Below, one piece after another: positions 62,880 to 64,000 of a stretch of 64,000 bases of DNA (positions are counted from its first letter, which is position 1; every line of letters starts with the position of its first letter). The stretch lies in contig MU619375.1 of assembly GCA_025201805.1 (NCBI GenBank), positions 22,880 through 86,879 on the forward strand. Direction: 5' to 3'. The notes beneath the pieces are model-generated. The model did not search any database. It saw nothing but the letters and a program-made list of their open reading frames with translations, and was not told the origin of the DNA. The position numbers were made by a program, and so were the translations under genes. Source of the stretch: Parasitella parasitica NRRL 2501. Its lineage: Eukaryota > Fungi > Mucoromycota.

Positions 62880-63795
62880 TGTTGTGCCAAGTCTTGAAAT
62901 TGAGCACAGCAGGTGATTATATATGATATAAAAAATATAAGAAAAAAAAATAAAGACTTAATTTACCAGATACAAAACTATTGATTTATTGATTGACAAG
63001 AAGCTCTCTATTTATATTTGAAGAAATCTATCGAAATCAATCTATAAAATGCAATCAGGTCATGTTTGACATTTAATTGTCAAACAAGATTATAACACAG
63101 TAGTAGTCAGAGCAAGACCTATTTCTATATTTAATCAGCTAATCGTTATGAATGTGAATCATTCATCGATAAGTTGAGCTTCGCAATTTAGAATAAGTAG
63201 AACCCAAATAGAAGGTTTCTTATACAAGACATTCTATTGAATACTTCTATTTACTAGATGGAATAATCGATGCCATTTAACCTTAGATCCGATCAGGAAC
63301 GGTTGCCATGACTGATCTGCCATAATGTAGGTTAGGAGATTATGATAGTGTACTTCAATTAAAGATTGGAGATTGTCCAATGATGTGTTGTTATACTGGT
63401 CGAAACAGGAGAATAAAGTCTTTGTTTCAAATCAGGAAGGTTATCTGTAACACAGATCTGTATGATTGACAAACAATAAGGTACTGTCAGATCAAAGATC
63501 AATAACCTTGTAGTATAATAATATATCGTACCCTGTTAAGGATATGATGTTGCTTGCAAATTATTCTTATCGATTAGTATCGACTAGTATTTTAAATAAG
63601 TCACCAAAAATTTATGTTGTTGTAAAAAGTATAAATAGCAGATGCAAAGTTGAATCTATAATAAAGTAATCTCAAGTTTTCGTATCTCGTTAATTCAACG
63701 TTTTATATTATACTTTTCTTATTTCGATCTTGCAGATCTCAACAATGACAACTGAGTTGAAATAGTGGTAACCATGGTATTTTATGGATACCACA
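62880..63795 (-). mobile_element. Solo-LTR-like element (about 484 bp) interrupted by a second solo LTR
   Basis: TGT...ACA termini; flanks AATAA and ATTAA (4/5 match, possible TSD); TATA and AATAAA on the minus strand; homologous to 23688-23920. Confidence 0.6.
63313..63744 (+). mobile_element. 432-bp solo LTR with perfect 5-bp TSD (ATGAC)
   Basis: ATGAC|TGATCTGC...GCAGATCTCAACA|ATGAC; internal GTATAAATAG and AATAAA; an empty-site homologue with a single GTCAT is at 23879-23883. Confidence 0.8.
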
Positions 63796-64000
63796 ATTAA
63801 TGTCAACTTGATAAAGGTATAGGTTTTTATTATCAAATCGACAGGTGTATAAAGCTGCAGTTCATCTACTGGCCAGGTAGATGAAGCCTTTATATACTTA
63901 AACTGTGGATAAATGTTCTACTCTCGCAATTTAACATGTACGATAATACTGCGTAACTAGCATCTTAACTTTGTGCTAACCTACATATCAGCAGACTCAA

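Noticed and set aside
1-64000. tRNA, rRNA and CRISPR arrays
   Set aside because: No cloverleaf, rRNA-like or repeat-spacer pattern noticed by eye; tRNAscan-SE and Infernal would be needed to exclude small RNAs.

Overview
Gene-dense eukaryotic fungal window. AT-rich sequence, short GT-AG introns and the gene and TE families point to Mucoromycota/Mucorales (inferred, not proven). About 24 protein-coding genes are supportable: the 3' end of an aldehyde dehydrogenase, a ubiquitin-LIKE/eS31 fusion, a short Sti1/Hop, an Ssk2 MAPKKK, Vps36, a MATA-type HMG-box factor, Dom34, hexokinase, a ModF/Ydr061w-like ABC ATPase, Dic1, Pns1, a Zn2Cys6 factor, a FYVE protein, Ddb1, Dus2, an alpha/beta hydrolase, Naa40, Sec72, Nsp1, a tiny copper-fist factor, Med9 and several hypothetical proteins. 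Naa40, the copper-fist gene and the ALDH end are absent from the ORF track and were rebuilt by hand from exons. TE debris lies at about 23.5-24 kb, 26.6-30.9 kb (Helitrons plus nuclease-like fragments), 59.7-60 kb (piggyBac-like) and 62.4-63.8 kb (nested solo LTRs). Best leads: (1) the eS31 leader is a 76-aa UBL that has lost the ubiquitin I44 patch and LRLRGG tail; (2) a 98-aa copper-fist microprotein with an 11-nt micro-exon and an eh1-like C-terminus; (3) a Sti1 lacking TPR1-DP1. All gene models and alignments are manual readings; no searches were run.
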